Below are positions 28,405 to 38,811 of a stretch of 64,000 nt of DNA, in pieces (position 1 is the stretch's first letter; each line of letters opens with the position of its first letter). The stretch is from Ascidiaceihabitans sp. (GTDB taxonomy: Bacteria > Pseudomonadota > Alphaproteobacteria > Rhodobacterales > Rhodobacteraceae), in NCBI RefSeq assembly GCF_039975415.1, contig NZ_JBDWHD010000004.1; one strand, written 5' to 3'. A program made the position numbers and the translations under genes. Below the pieces are notes generated by a model, which did not search any database, was not told the origin of the DNA, and saw only the letters and a program-made list of their open reading frames with translations.

Positions 28405-28494
28405 GGTTTTGCAGTGCCAGAGCGGCCCAAAGGGGTCAAGCCGTCTTGGCAAATGCCGCGTAGCCTACGACGGTTTGGATAATCAACGAAGGAT

Positions 28495-29028
28495 TTGATC
28501 ATGCACGCACTTAACACAGGTGAAGTTTTCCCAACGCAAGACGTGGCGGCACTGGGGGGAGGCCGGCTTTCACTGGGCACGCCATCAAAGGGTTTCGACT
28601 GGCAATTGTTGATCATTTACCGTGGGTTGCACTGCCCTTTGTGTGTGGAATACTTGGCGGATCTTGAAGCACTTTTACCTGACTTTCATGCCGCAGGCTG
28701 TGATGCGGTTGTGGCGTCAGGAGATCCGCAAGACAAAGCCGCAAAAATGCAATCCGAATGCGCACTCAGCATGCCGGTCGGGTATGGATTGACGACAGAT
28801 CAGATGATTTCGATGGGGCTTTATGTGTCAAATCCGCGCTCTCCCCAAGAGGCAGACGGTCGTGCTTTTGCAGAACCGGGGTTGTTCGTGATTATGCCGG
28901 AAGGTGTCTTGCGGATGGTGGATATTTCCAATGCGCCTTTCCTGCGCCCGCCGCTGGCCAATGTGTTGCGCGGAATGAAAGCGAACCAGTCCGACGACTA
29001 CCCGACACGTGGTACATTTGGCCGGTAA
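28495..29028 (+). CDS. Peroxiredoxin-like / AhpC-TSA-family thioredoxin-fold protein
   Basis: CPLC motif in IIYRGLHCPLCVEYL. The size is typical of redoxin-like proteins. Confidence 0.65.
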   Translation: MIMHALNTGEVFPTQDVAALGGGRLSLGTPSKGFDWQLLIIYRGLHCPLCVEYLADLEALLPDFHAAGCDAVVASGDPQDKAAKMQSECALSMPVGYGLTTDQMISMGLYVSNPRSPQEADGRAFAEPGLFVIMPEGVLRMVDISNAPFLRPPLANVLRGMKANQSDDYPTRGTFGR

Positions 29029-29276
29029 CAGCGCGTAACTCCTGCGGGCTGATCCCCAAGACACGCAAGCCGCTGTCCGCAGGTCCAATCCATACAACAG
29101 TCGCCGGTTCGGCGCTTTTTCCGTGCCGGTCCTAATCTGGTTGTGGCCTTCTGTGTCAGCGCAATTCGCAGTAGCGCTGCGCACCAAAACACGCTATACT
29201 TGGCGCTAGATCCCAAGAATGGGGCAGCTCCTGTTGCAAAACATGCGAGCAAAGAGGCAGTGTAAAGGCAGTACCC

Positions 29277-30446
29277 ATGACTGAAATGGTCTATGGCGCG
29301 GTTCCCGTTCAGCGGGGCGAACCGATCCTTCCCAAATGGTGGCGCACAATTGATAAATGGGCGATGTCATGCATTTTGATCCTGTTTGCTGTGGGGCTGT
29401 TGCTTGGGCTGGCCTCGTCTCCGCCACTTGCAGCCAAAAACGGATTTGAACCCTTTCACTACGTGCAGCGCCAAGCGTTTTTTGGCTGTGTTGCGCTGTT
29501 GGCGATGATTTTAACGTCGATGATGACGCCTTTGGTTGTACGGCGCCTCGCGGTTCTTGGGTTTTTATGCGCTTTTGTTGCTTTGGCGATGTTGCCGTTC
29601 TTTGGTACGGATTTTGGCAAAGGGGCGGTGCGTTGGTATTCGCTTGGCTTTGCGTCGGTGCAACCGTCTGAGTTTTTGAAACCTGGTTTTGTCGTTGTGG
29701 CGGCTTGGATGTTGGCGGCGGGACATGAATTGAACGGCCCACCGGGGCGCACATGGTCCTTTATCTTATGCGTGACGATCGTTTTTATGCTCGCGATGCA
29801 GCCCGACTTTGGTCAGGCGTGTCTGGTGTTGTTTGGCTGGGGCGTGATGTATTTTGTGGCCGGCGCACCCATGCTTTTGTTGGTGGGTATGGCCGGACTG
29901 GTTGTTGTTGCAGGGACTGTTGCCTATGCCAATTCGGAACATTTCGCGCGCCGCATTGACGGGTTTTTAAGCGCCGATGTCGATCCCACCACCCAGCTTG
30001 GCTATGCCACAAATGCCATTCGCGAAGGTGGTCTGTTTGGTGTGGGGGTGGGCGAAGGTCAGGTGAAGTGGTCGCTGCCGGATGCGCACACAGATTTCAT
30101 TATCGCAGTGGCTGCCGAAGAATACGGGCTGATTATGGTGATGTGCATCATCACTTTGTACGCGGGGATTGTGGTGCGATCACTGCTGCGTCTGGTGCGT
30201 GAACGTGACCCGTTCATTCGTTTGGCAGGCACCGGATTGGCCTGCATGTTTGGCGTTCAGGCGATGATCAATATGGGCGTCGCTGTGCGTCTGCTGCCCG
30301 CCAAAGGCATGACTTTGCCGTTTGTCAGCTACGGTGGATCGTCAGTCATTGCGTCGGGGATCGCCTTGGGTATGCTTCTGGCTTTCACACGGTCGCGTCC
30401 GCAGGGCGAGATCAGCGAGCTATTGGGCCGGGGACGTATGAAATGA
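29277..30446 (+). CDS. ftsW: Peptidoglycan glycosyltransferase FtsW (SEDS family)
   Basis: SEDS sequence ([33 protein letters not shown]). Confidence 0.95.
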   Translation: MTEMVYGAVPVQRGEPILPKWWRTIDKWAMSCILILFAVGLLLGLASSPPLAAKNGFEPFHYVQRQAFFGCVALLAMILTSMMTPLVVRRLAVLGFLCAFVALAMLPFFGTDFGKGAVRWYSLGFASVQPSEFLKPGFVVVAAWMLAAGHELNGPPGRTWSFILCVTIVFMLAMQPDFGQACLVLFGWGVMYFVAGAPMLLLVGMAGLVVVAGTVAYANSEHFARRIDGFLSADVDPTTQLGYATNAIREGGLFGVGVGEGQVKWSLPDAHTDFIIAVAAEEYGLIMVMCIITLYAGIVVRSLLRLVRERDPFIRLAGTGLACMFGVQAMINMGVAVRLLPAKGMTLPFVSYGGSSVIASGIALGMLLAFTRSRPQGEISELLGRGRMK

Positions 30447-31558
30447 GCCAACCTTTGTTGATGATTGCGGCGGGCGGCACGGGCGGACATATGTTTCCGG
30501 CCCAGGCGCTGGCCGAGACGATGTTGGCAAAAGGGTGGCGCGTGAAGCTAAGCACCGATGCCCGTGGCGCACGCTATACTGGCGGATTTCCGCACACCAC
30601 CGAGATTGAACAGATCAGCAGCGCAACCTTCGCACGCGGGGGGCTGGCGGCCAAAGCGTTGGTGCCGTTTCGTATTGCTGGCGGCGTAATCACGGCCGCT
30701 TTCAAAATGATGCGGGACAAACCGGATGTTGTGGTGGGCTTTGGGGGCTATCCGACCATTCCTGCGATGGCGGCGGCGACCCTGTTGCGCAAGCCACGCA
30801 TGATCCACGAACAAAACGGCATCTTGGGGCGCGTCAATAAGCTGTTTGCGCCGCGTGTCGATGCCGTGGCCTGTGGCACATGGCCGACGGATTTGGCCGA
30901 AGGGATCAAGGGCGTGCATGTGGGAAACCCAGTGCGCGGTGCGGTTCTGGAACGGGCAGGGGCAGGGTATATCCAACCCGGTGACTACCCGATGGAATTG
31001 CTTGTGATTGGCGGATCCCAAGGGGCGCGGATTCTGTCGGACGTGGTGCCGCCTGCGATTGCCGCCCTGCCGATGACCATGCTGCAAAACATTCGCGTCA
31101 GCCATCAGGCGCGCGGCGAAGACGAAGACCGTGTGCGCAGCTTTTACGCCGAAAACGGGATAAACGCCGACGTACAACCCTTTTTCCAAGACGTGCCGCG
31201 CCGCATGTCCGAAGCACAGTTGGTCATCAGCCGTTCAGGCGCATCTTCGGTTGCAGACATATCTGTTATCGGGCGTCCTTCCATTCTGGTGCCTTTTGCG
31301 GCGGCGACCGGCGATCACCAAACCGCCAATGCGCGTGGTTTGGTTGAGGCAGGCGGTGCTATTTTGATCCCTGAGAACATGCTAACCCCCGAAGCGTTGA
31401 CCGCCCAAATCGAAACCGTTCTGGGCACGCCCGATGCAGCCCTGATGATGTCACGCGCTGCGTTAAATGCTGGCAAACCGGACGCCACAGAAGCGCTTGT
31501 TCATATGGTTGAAACTTTGGCCCAATACAGCCCCCCCAATAAAGGAGCACGCGCATGA
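30443..31558 (+). CDS. murG: UDP-N-acetylglucosamine--N-acetylmuramyl-(pentapeptide) pyrophosphoryl-undecaprenol GlcNAc transferase
   Basis: [11 protein letters not shown] motif, GGSQGA, HQTANA. ATGA overlap with ftsW. Confidence 0.95.
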   Translation: MSQPLLMIAAGGTGGHMFPAQALAETMLAKGWRVKLSTDARGARYTGGFPHTTEIEQISSATFARGGLAAKALVPFRIAGGVITAAFKMMRDKPDVVVGFGGYPTIPAMAAATLLRKPRMIHEQNGILGRVNKLFAPRVDAVACGTWPTDLAEGIKGVHVGNPVRGAVLERAGAGYIQPGDYPMELLVIGGSQGARILSDVVPPAIAALPMTMLQNIRVSHQARGEDEDRVRSFYAENGINADVQPFFQDVPRRMSEAQLVISRSGASSVADISVIGRPSILVPFAAATGDHQTANARGLVEAGGAILIPENMLTPEALTAQIETVLGTPDAALMMSRAALNAGKPDATEALVHMVETLAQYSPPNKGARA

Positions 31559-32964
31559 ACGCTGCCGCCACAAAACTGCCCGGAGACGTGGGCCCCATTC
31601 ATTTCGTTGGCATTGGTGGCATTGGCATGTCGGGCATTGCCGAGGTGCTTTTGAACCATGGATATGTGGTGCAAGGGTCTGATCTGAAAACCTCGAAGAT
31701 CACCGACCGTTTGCAGACCCAAGGCGCTTTGATCTTTGAGGGGCAACGCGCCGAGAACATTGATGACGCGGCTGTTGTTGTTATTTCATCGGCCATCAAA
31801 CCGGGCAATCCTGAACTGGATGCGGCACGGGCGCGCGGCCTTCCTATCGTGCGCCGCGCCGAGATGCTGGCGGAATTGATGCGCCTGAAATCCAACATTG
31901 CCATCGCAGGCACGCATGGCAAAACCACAACCACCACCATGATGGCGGAACTGATGGTGGCGGGCAAATTTGATCCCACGGTTGTGAACGGCGGGATCAT
32001 CCACGCCTATGGTTCGAACGCGCGTGTCGGTCTTGGTGAATGGATGGTGGTTGAAGCGGACGAAAGCGACGGCACGTTCAATCGTTTACCCGCGACCATT
32101 GCCATCGTGACCAACATCGACCCCGAACACATGGAACATTGGGGCACCGAAGAGGCGCTTCATCAGGGCTTCTTGGATTTTGTGTCCAACATTCCGTTTT
32201 ACGGTGTTGCTGTGTGCTGCACCGATGATCCTGACGTGCAAAGCCTTGTGGGCAAGATCACCGACCGCCGCGTTGTCACTTACGGGTTCAATGCACAGGC
32301 TGACGTGCGGGCAGTGAACCTGCACTACAAAGGCGGCGTTGCGACGTTTGATATCGCGCTGCAATCTGAGGACATGGTGATTGAGGGCTGTTCTTTGCCC
32401 ATGCCGGGGGACCACAACGTGTCCAACGCGTTGTCCGCTGTTGCCGTGGCGCGCCATTTGGGCATGAAAGCGGATGAAATTCGTGACGCTTTGGCCAATT
32501 TCGGTGGTGTGAACCGAAGATTCACCAAAGTCGGCGAGATTAACGGTGTGACAATTATTGATGATTACGGCCACCACCCGGTTGAGATTGCCGCTGTTTT
32601 GAAAGCGGCCCGCCAATCATCTGAGGGCCGTGTGATTGCGGTGCACCAGCCACACCGTTTCACGCGTCTTTCGCACCATTTTGACGAATTTTGTGCGTGT
32701 TTCAATGACGCGGATGTGGTCGGGATTGCGGATGTGTTCACCGCTGGCGAAGACCCGATCGAGGGCGCTTCACGCGATGATCTGGTTGCAGGGTTGATCC
32801 GCCACGGACATCGCCATGCGCGCAGCGTCAACGACGAGGCCGATCTGGAACGGCTGGTGCGCGAACAAGCCCGCCCCGGTGATATGGTTGTGTGCCTTGG
32901 CGCGGGGACGATTTCCACATGGGCAAATGGTTTGCCCGCGCGTCTGATGAAGGGGGCTGCGTGA
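31555..32964 (+). CDS. murC: UDP-N-acetylmuramate--L-alanine ligase
   Basis: [15 protein letters not shown] and [10 protein letters not shown] motifs. ATGA overlap with murG. Confidence 0.95.
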   Translation: MNAAATKLPGDVGPIHFVGIGGIGMSGIAEVLLNHGYVVQGSDLKTSKITDRLQTQGALIFEGQRAENIDDAAVVVISSAIKPGNPELDAARARGLPIVRRAEMLAELMRLKSNIAIAGTHGKTTTTTMMAELMVAGKFDPTVVNGGIIHAYGSNARVGLGEWMVVEADESDGTFNRLPATIAIVTNIDPEHMEHWGTEEALHQGFLDFVSNIPFYGVAVCCTDDPDVQSLVGKITDRRVVTYGFNAQADVRAVNLHYKGGVATFDIALQSEDMVIEGCSLPMPGDHNVSNALSAVAVARHLGMKADEIRDALANFGGVNRRFTKVGEINGVTIIDDYGHHPVEIAAVLKAARQSSEGRVIAVHQPHRFTRLSHHFDEFCACFNDADVVGIADVFTAGEDPIEGASRDDLVAGLIRHGHRHARSVNDEADLERLVREQARPGDMVVCLGAGTISTWANGLPARLMKGAA

Positions 32965-33272
32965 GCTTTTTGTTCATCCTTTTGCCTGTCGCCGTGCCCT
33001 TGCTTGCGGCGCCAGTTACTTTGTTTTTGGGGTTCTTGAAGACGATGGCGGCGGTTTTTGGGATTGCCGTCCTGATGATGCTCTCACCTTTTGTCTATTT
33101 CGGGATCAAGGGCCTGTATCAGGGCGTGCCCTTGGCGGATGTCTTCGCGAGTCTGAGCGTGACTGTTCGCCCGATGGCAATCATCGCAGGGTATATGGTC
33201 GGCTGGTCCGCAATTTGCGCGGGAGTTGCTGCGGTCGTCGTCTGGTGCTGGCAGCGGTGGAGGACGGCATGA
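32961..33272 (+). CDS. Small membrane protein 1 of 6 (103 aa, about 3 TM helices)
   Basis: The GTG start forms a GTGA overlap with the murC stop. AAGGGGG lies upstream. The product is hydrophobic throughout. Confidence 0.6.
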   Translation: MSFLFILLPVAVPLLAAPVTLFLGFLKTMAAVFGIAVLMMLSPFVYFGIKGLYQGVPLADVFASLSVTVRPMAIIAGYMVGWSAICAGVAAVVVWCWQRWRTA

Positions 33273-33646
33273 TCCGGTGGCCATTAGCACTTTCATTTCT
33301 TCTGTTCTTCGCGGTGTCCGCGGCCCAGGCCGGCTTCAACGAAGGCGATTCCATTCCTGTGAACATGTCCGAGATCTTGCCACTGTTCTTTGTCGGGCTG
33401 ATCATGGCGCCGATTGGGTTTGTGCTGGCGCGTTTGGGATACATGTTTGCGTTCAAAGCAGTGGCAGTGCTGTTCGGCCTGTGCCTTGTTGCAATGGTGA
33501 TCGGGGCCGCCTTGTTCATGGGTGAATTGATCATGATCTTGGTGGTTTTTGCAGCAATCGTGATTGTGCCTGCCTTTGTGTACTATCTGCTGGGCGCGTG
33601 GCTTGGGTGGGCGATGCGCCTGCGCAAGGAAGGGGCAAACCCATGA
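33269..33646 (+). CDS. Small membrane protein 2 of 6 (125 aa, signal peptide plus about 3 TM helices)
   Basis: ATGA overlap with the previous stop. GGAGGA lies 4 nt upstream. The N-terminus [21 protein letters not shown] is signal-like. Confidence 0.65.
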   Translation: MIRWPLALSFLLFFAVSAAQAGFNEGDSIPVNMSEILPLFFVGLIMAPIGFVLARLGYMFAFKAVAVLFGLCLVAMVIGAALFMGELIMILVVFAAIVIVPAFVYYLLGAWLGWAMRLRKEGANP

Positions 33647-33894
33647 CCCTTTTGTTCGCGTGTATCACTTGGGTTTTTGCATCGGTTGCATGCGCTATGC
33701 TGCCGATGCGTCGCCAATATGTGCCGGGGGTGATTTTGCTGATCGCGGCCCCGTTCTTGATTGTTTGGATCGGCGTTCAGGTCCATCCGCTTGCCGCCAT
33801 CGCTGCTGCCGCTGCTTTTGTGTCGATGTTTCGAAATCCGCTGCGTTATTTGTTTGCGCGGCTTCGGGGGGAAGAACCGGAGTTGCCAAAATGA
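33643..33894 (+). CDS. Small membrane protein 3 of 6 (83 aa, DUF2484-like)
   Basis: ATGA overlap and an upstream SD-like AAGGAAGGGG. It is a paralogue of the next gene (ACxW...A.V.AM.P ... R.P..YL pattern). The family name is from memory. Confidence 0.65.
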   Translation: MTLLFACITWVFASVACAMLPMRRQYVPGVILLIAAPFLIVWIGVQVHPLAAIAAAAAFVSMFRNPLRYLFARLRGEEPELPK

Positions 33895-34148
33895 GCACAT
33901 CCCTAATTCTGGCCTGTCTTTGGGCTTTGATCGCAAATGTTCTGGCGATGACGCCCAGCAAAGATTTGCATTGGCGCAATGCCTACATTCTGATCGCTAT
34001 CGGCATCCCGATTGTGGGCTATGTCACATGGGAAAATGGCCCTTGGATTGGGCTTTTGGTGTTGGCGGCGGGGGTGTCAATCTTGCGCTGGCCCGTGATT
34101 TATCTGGGCCGCTGGGTGCGCCGGTTGGGCGGAAAGGGCGCGTCATGA
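33891..34148 (+). CDS. Small membrane protein 4 of 6 (85 aa, DUF2484-like)
   Basis: ATGA overlap, with GGAG upstream. It shares helix order and motifs with protein 3. Confidence 0.65.
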   Translation: MSTSLILACLWALIANVLAMTPSKDLHWRNAYILIAIGIPIVGYVTWENGPWIGLLVLAAGVSILRWPVIYLGRWVRRLGGKGAS

Positions 34149-34408
34149 GCTTTGTCTTCTTTATCCCCGTTATCCTGATGGGCTGCGTCAGTTTTGTGAT
34201 CCTGTCGCAGCAACGGTTTTTGCTGTATTTCGGATGGCTTTTGACGGCGATCCTCGCGTTGGCGTTGATTTTCTGGAATGTGCTGGGCATCCCGCCGATG
34301 TCTGAAGGCCCCATGCTTGCCATTATCGCGTTTGCGCTGTTCCAAAGCGCGTGTGCCGTTATGGGATGGGTCTGGGGCCGAACCCGCAAAGATCGGGGAA
34401 CGCTATGA
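34145..34408 (+). CDS. Small membrane protein 5 of 6 (87 aa, about 3 TM helices)
   Basis: ATGA overlap, with GGAAAGGG upstream. Hydrophobic, with a basic C-terminus. Confidence 0.6.
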   Translation: MSFVFFIPVILMGCVSFVILSQQRFLLYFGWLLTAILALALIFWNVLGIPPMSEGPMLAIIAFALFQSACAVMGWVWGRTRKDRGTL

Positions 34409-34512
34409 TCGAGATTATTCTGGTGGTGCTATTTTTGCCCGTATCATTGCTGATGATGTTTGCGGCGTGGTGCGCTTTGGCGCAAATTCCCGAGGCGGAA
34501 GATGACACATGA
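34405..34512 (+). CDS. Micro membrane protein 6 of 6 (35 aa, single TM helix; not in the ORF track)
   Basis: [39 protein letters not shown] overlaps at both ends: with protein 5 at 34405-34408 and with murB at 34509-34512. Confidence 0.5.
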   Translation: MIEIILVVLFLPVSLLMMFAAWCALAQIPEAEDDT

Positions 34513-35426
34513 CTGAAATGCCACAGGTGCGCGGCACGGTAACGCCCGACCGGGATCTTTCGGATTTGACGTGGTTGCGCGTGGGCGGGCCTGCGGATTT
34601 TCTGTTCCGCCCTGCGGATGTCGAAGACCTAAGCGCTTTTTTGCGTGAATTGCCCGCTGATGTGGCGGTTTTCCCCATGGGTGTGGGCAGCAACCTGATT
34701 GTGCGCGACGGCGGCATAAAGGCTGTGGTGATCCGGATGGGGCGCGGGTTCAACGGGATAGAAATTGACGGCACCCGTGTCACAGCCGGCGCTGCGGCGC
34801 TGGATGCGCATGTGGCCCGTAAAGCCGCGGATGCCGGATTGGATTTGACGTTTTTGCGTACCATTCCGGGCAGTATCGGCGGCGCTGTGCGCATGAATGC
34901 AGGGTGCTACGGCAGCTATACTGCAGATGTTCTGGTATCGGCACAGGCCGTTTTGCGCAACGGTGATATTGTGACGTTGACACCACAAGATCTGAATTTC
35001 TCCTATCGCCAAAGTGACTTACCCAAAGGCGCTGTGCTGATTTCAGCGACGTTTGAAGCGCCCGAAGGCCGTCCCGAGGCGCTACATGCGCGGATGACCG
35101 ATCAAATCGCGAAGCGGGATGCCTCCCAACCCACCAAAGACCGCAGCGCTGGCAGTACCTTTCGCAATCCGGCTGGCTTTTCGTCAACGGGGCAGGCGGA
35201 CGATGTGCATGATCTCAAGGCGTGGAAGGTCATTGATGATGCTGGGATGCGCGGTGCGCGCAAAGGCGGCGCACAGATGAGCGAGATGCACTCGAATTTT
35301 TTGATCAATGCCGACAACGCGACGGCTGCCGATCTGGAAGGATTGGGTGAAGACGTGCGAAAAAAGGTTTACGATTCCAGCGGTATCACGCTAGAATGGG
35401 AAATTATGCGGGTCGGTGAGAAATAA
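34509..35426 (+). CDS. murB: UDP-N-acetylenolpyruvoylglucosamine reductase
   Basis: FAD-binding PCMH domain and MurB C-terminal motifs (GSTFRNP, HSNFLIN). Confidence 0.95.
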   Translation: MTEMPQVRGTVTPDRDLSDLTWLRVGGPADFLFRPADVEDLSAFLRELPADVAVFPMGVGSNLIVRDGGIKAVVIRMGRGFNGIEIDGTRVTAGAAALDAHVARKAADAGLDLTFLRTIPGSIGGAVRMNAGCYGSYTADVLVSAQAVLRNGDIVTLTPQDLNFSYRQSDLPKGAVLISATFEAPEGRPEALHARMTDQIAKRDASQPTKDRSAGSTFRNPAGFSSTGQADDVHDLKAWKVIDDAGMRGARKGGAQMSEMHSNFLINADNATAADLEGLGEDVRKKVYDSSGITLEWEIMRVGEK

Positions 35427-35522
35427 GGCGCTCAACTGGGTATAGCCCCGCAGATACAAAGCCAAAATTGGCATAATAATTAAAGGATCCGCAAAAGGGT
35501 CCGGGACATTAGAGGCACCACG

Positions 35523-36443
35523 GTGGGTCAGTCGAGCAGGACACCCCGAAACGTGGCGGTATTGATGGGCGGCCCAAGCGCAGAGCGCGAGGTGTCCCTG
35601 TCCACAGGCAAAGCCTGCGCCGCTGCATTGAGGGAAGAAAATATCAACGCGATCGAGGTCGACGCCGGCCCCGATCTTGTTGCGCGTTTACAAGACATTA
35701 AACCGGATGCTGTTCTCAATTGCCTGCATGGCCGCTGGGGCGAAGACGGTTGCGTACAGGGTGTGCTTGAATGGTTGGGCATTCCCTATTCCCATTCTGG
35801 CGTTTTGGCGTCCGCCCTTGCGATGGACAAACAGCGCAGCAAGGACGTGTTTGCACAGGCTGGATTGCCCATTGTCAAAAGCATCATTGCCAAACGCGAT
35901 GACGTTCGTGCGGCCCATGTGATGGAACCGCCCTACGTGGTGAAACCCAACAATGAAGGCTCCTCGGTAGGGGTGTATCTGGTTGAGGCCGAAAACAACG
36001 GGCCACCGCAGTTGGACGACGACATGCCCGATGAGGTGATGGTCGAAACCTTTGCGCCGGGCCGTGAATTGACCACGACTGTGATGGGCGACCGCGCCTT
36101 GACGGTCACTGATATTCTCACCACCGGTTGGTACGACTACGACGCCAAATACAAAGAGGGCGGATCATCCCATGTGGTGCCTGCGGACGTGCCATCCGAG
36201 ATTTTTGACCTGTGTATGGAGTATGCTAAGCGCGCCCATGATGCTTTGGGCTGTCGCGGTGTGTCGCGCACTGATTTCCGCTGGGACGAGGCGCGTGGCG
36301 TAGACGGTTTGATCCTTTTAGAAACCAACACCCAGCCCGGCATGACCGCAACCTCCCTAAGCCCTGAACAGGGCGAGGCCGTAGGCATCACATTCCCCAA
36401 ACTGTGCCGCTGGATGGTGGAGGACGCATCATGCAACCGCTAA
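35523..36443 (+). CDS. ddl: D-alanine--D-alanine ligase
   Basis: GGPSAEREVSL, ATP-grasp motifs, LLETNTQPGMT. GTG start as in the ORF track. Confidence 0.93.
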   Translation: MGQSSRTPRNVAVLMGGPSAEREVSLSTGKACAAALREENINAIEVDAGPDLVARLQDIKPDAVLNCLHGRWGEDGCVQGVLEWLGIPYSHSGVLASALAMDKQRSKDVFAQAGLPIVKSIIAKRDDVRAAHVMEPPYVVKPNNEGSSVGVYLVEAENNGPPQLDDDMPDEVMVETFAPGRELTTTVMGDRALTVTDILTTGWYDYDAKYKEGGSSHVVPADVPSEIFDLCMEYAKRAHDALGCRGVSRTDFRWDEARGVDGLILLETNTQPGMTATSLSPEQGEAVGITFPKLCRWMVEDASCNR

Positions 36444-37300
36444 AGCGCCGCACCCCAAAGGCTGATCCGGCCCCGTCGCGTTGGTCATGGCGCTTGCAAC
36501 GTCTGATGCTGACGCCCGGTTTTCGGTTCGGACTGCGGGTTGGTGTGCCGTTTGTGCTGACGCTGACGCTGGGCACTGCCTATTTTGCCAATCCCGACCG
36601 CCAACAAGCCATCCGCGACAGCGTGGCTGATACCCGCGCGGCCATTCAGGAACGCCCCGAATTTATGGTCACTTTGATGGCGATCGATGGTGTTGACACG
36701 CAGATGTCTGAAGATATTCGCGCCAATCTGGCCCTCGATTTTCCGATCAGCTCTTTTGATCTGGATCTTGAAGCCATGCGCACAACCATCACGGATTTAC
36801 CACCTGTCGCCGAGGCGGCTTTGCGGATCAGGCCGGGTGGTGTTTTAGAGGTTGATGTGACGCCACGGGTGCCTGTGGCCGTCTGGCGCAACCACTCTAG
36901 CCTATCATTGATTGATGCGACGGGGGCGCATGTGGCGCATATCCCGTTCCGTGTGGACCGGTCTGATTTGCCTTTGATCGCGGGGGACGGGGCCAATGCC
37001 TACATCTCTCAGGCGCTTGAGTTGCTGGACGTAGCGGCCCCGTTGGGTGACCGGCTGCGCGGTCTTGTGCGCATGGGGGAACGACGCTGGGATGTGGTTC
37101 TGGACCGCGACCAACGCATTTTGTTACCAACTGAAAATCCGGTGCGTGCGCTAGAACGGGTCATTGCACTTGAGGGCGCCCAAGACGTCCTAAGCCGCGA
37201 TGTCGCGCGTGTGGATATGCGGCTGGGGCAACGTCCCACAGTCCAAATGAACAAGAACGCCACCACCGAGATGTGGCGCATCCGGCAGATAGGGCAGTAA
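36431..37300 (+). CDS. ftsQ: Cell division protein FtsQ
   Basis: Basic N-terminus, one TM helix, POTRA and FtsQ domains. I chose ATG 36431 (MQPLKRR), which overlaps the ddl end by 13 nt. Confidence 0.88.
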   Translation: MQPLKRRTPKADPAPSRWSWRLQRLMLTPGFRFGLRVGVPFVLTLTLGTAYFANPDRQQAIRDSVADTRAAIQERPEFMVTLMAIDGVDTQMSEDIRANLALDFPISSFDLDLEAMRTTITDLPPVAEAALRIRPGGVLEVDVTPRVPVAVWRNHSSLSLIDATGAHVAHIPFRVDRSDLPLIAGDGANAYISQALELLDVAAPLGDRLRGLVRMGERRWDVVLDRDQRILLPTENPVRALERVIALEGAQDVLSRDVARVDMRLGQRPTVQMNKNATTEMWRIRQIGQ

Positions 37301-37304
37301 GGTT

Positions 37305-38639
37305 ATGATGGATTTGTACGGCAGCCAACGCAGCATGCGCAACATGCGCAAAGTGGCAATGCAACGCGGTGTGGTGGCCATTCTGGATGTGGGCAGCTCT
37401 AAAATTGCATGTCTGGTGCTGCGCTTTGACGGTTCTGCCGATCTGGAAAGTGACGGCGAAATCGGGTCTTTGGCCGGTCAGTCGGGCTTTCGCGTCATTG
37501 GGGCTGCGACAACGCGGTCGCGCGGTGTGCGTTTTGGCGAAATCTCTGCCATGGCTGAAACCGAACGCGCCATCCGGACTGCGTTGCAAGCGGCCCAAAA
37601 GATGGCCGGTATCCGCGTGGACCATGTGATTGCATGTTATGGCGGTGGCGATCCGCGCAGCTACGGGCTTGACGCGCAAATCGGCTTGGATGGTCAGGTT
37701 GTGACCGAAGACGATGTTGCGCGTGTGTTGGCCAGCTGTGATGTGCCGGACTATGGCGCAGGACGCGAAGTGCTACACGCGCAACCGGTCAACTTTGCTT
37801 TGGACCACCGATCCGGCCTAAGCGACCCGCGCGGCCAGCTTGGCAACGAGCTTAGCGTTGACATGCACATGCTGACCGTTGACGCAATGTCGGTGCAACA
37901 TCTGGCGCATTGTATCAAACGCTGTGATCTGGAGTTGGCGGGGATCGCATCCTCTGCTTACGCATCGGGCATTGCGGCTTTGGTGGAAGACGAACAGGAA
38001 CTGGGCGCGGCCTGCATTGATATGGGGGGCGGGTCCACGGGCGTGTCGATCTTTATCAAAAAGCACATGATCTATGGTGACGCGGTCCGGATGGGCGGCG
38101 ATCATGTGACGTCAGACATTTCATTGGGTCTTCAAGTGCCCACCGCAAACGCCGAACGCATCAAGACATTCTATGGCGGGGTTCATGCCACGGGCATGGA
38201 TGATCGTGAGATGATCGAAATCGGCGGTGACACCGGTGACTATGAGCACGACCGCCGCACTGCGTCCCGCGCAGAGTTGATTGGCATTATGCGGCCACGT
38301 GTGGAAGAGATTTTGGAAGAAGTCCGTGCGCGGCTTGACGCTGCTGGCTTTGACCATCTGCCAAGCCAGCAAATTGTTTTGACTGGCGGCGGCAGTCAAA
38401 TTCCCGGTCTTGACGGACTGGCATCCAAAATTCTGGGCCACCAAGTGCGTTTGGGCCGGCCTTTGCGTGTGCATGGCCTACCACAAGCGGCGACGGGTCC
38501 GGGGTTTGCCTCTGCAGTTGGGCTGTCTTTGTTTGCAGCGCATCCGCAAGACGAATGGTGGGACTTCGATATTCCCGCAGACCGTTACCCCAAGCGCAGC
38601 CTGCGCCGCGCCGTCAAGTGGTTCCGCGACAACTGGTAA
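37305..38639 (+). CDS. ftsA: Cell division protein FtsA
   Basis: Actin-like ATPase (AILDVGSSKIACLV, DMGGGSTGVSIF, LTGGGSQIPGL). The start could be one of several nearby Met codons. Confidence 0.93.
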   Translation: MMDLYGSQRSMRNMRKVAMQRGVVAILDVGSSKIACLVLRFDGSADLESDGEIGSLAGQSGFRVIGAATTRSRGVRFGEISAMAETERAIRTALQAAQKMAGIRVDHVIACYGGGDPRSYGLDAQIGLDGQVVTEDDVARVLASCDVPDYGAGREVLHAQPVNFALDHRSGLSDPRGQLGNELSVDMHMLTVDAMSVQHLAHCIKRCDLELAGIASSAYASGIAALVEDEQELGAACIDMGGGSTGVSIFIKKHMIYGDAVRMGGDHVTSDISLGLQVPTANAERIKTFYGGVHATGMDDREMIEIGGDTGDYEHDRRTASRAELIGIMRPRVEEILEEVRARLDAAGFDHLPSQQIVLTGGGSQIPGLDGLASKILGHQVRLGRPLRVHGLPQAATGPGFASAVGLSLFAAHPQDEWWDFDIPADRYPKRSLRRAVKWFRDNW

Positions 38640-38811
38640 CCCCTATATCTGGGTCCACACGCGAAATACCGTGAGATTTGGCGGGATTTCGCCCACATTT
38701 TGGGGCAAATCTGTGTTTTTTGGGTGACGTTGCAAGCAAAAACGGCTAAGTTAAAAGCGGATTAGGCAAAAAAACCCGCGAATGCGGATTCGATAACAGG
38801 CGGACACATAC

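Noticed and set aside
38751-38790. CtrA-like box TTAA-N7-TTAG (38751-38765) and a GCGGATT direct repeat (38757-63, 38784-90) upstream of ftsZ.
   Set aside because: It is a single half-mismatched site in an AT-rich promoter region, so I cannot distinguish it from chance without comparative data.
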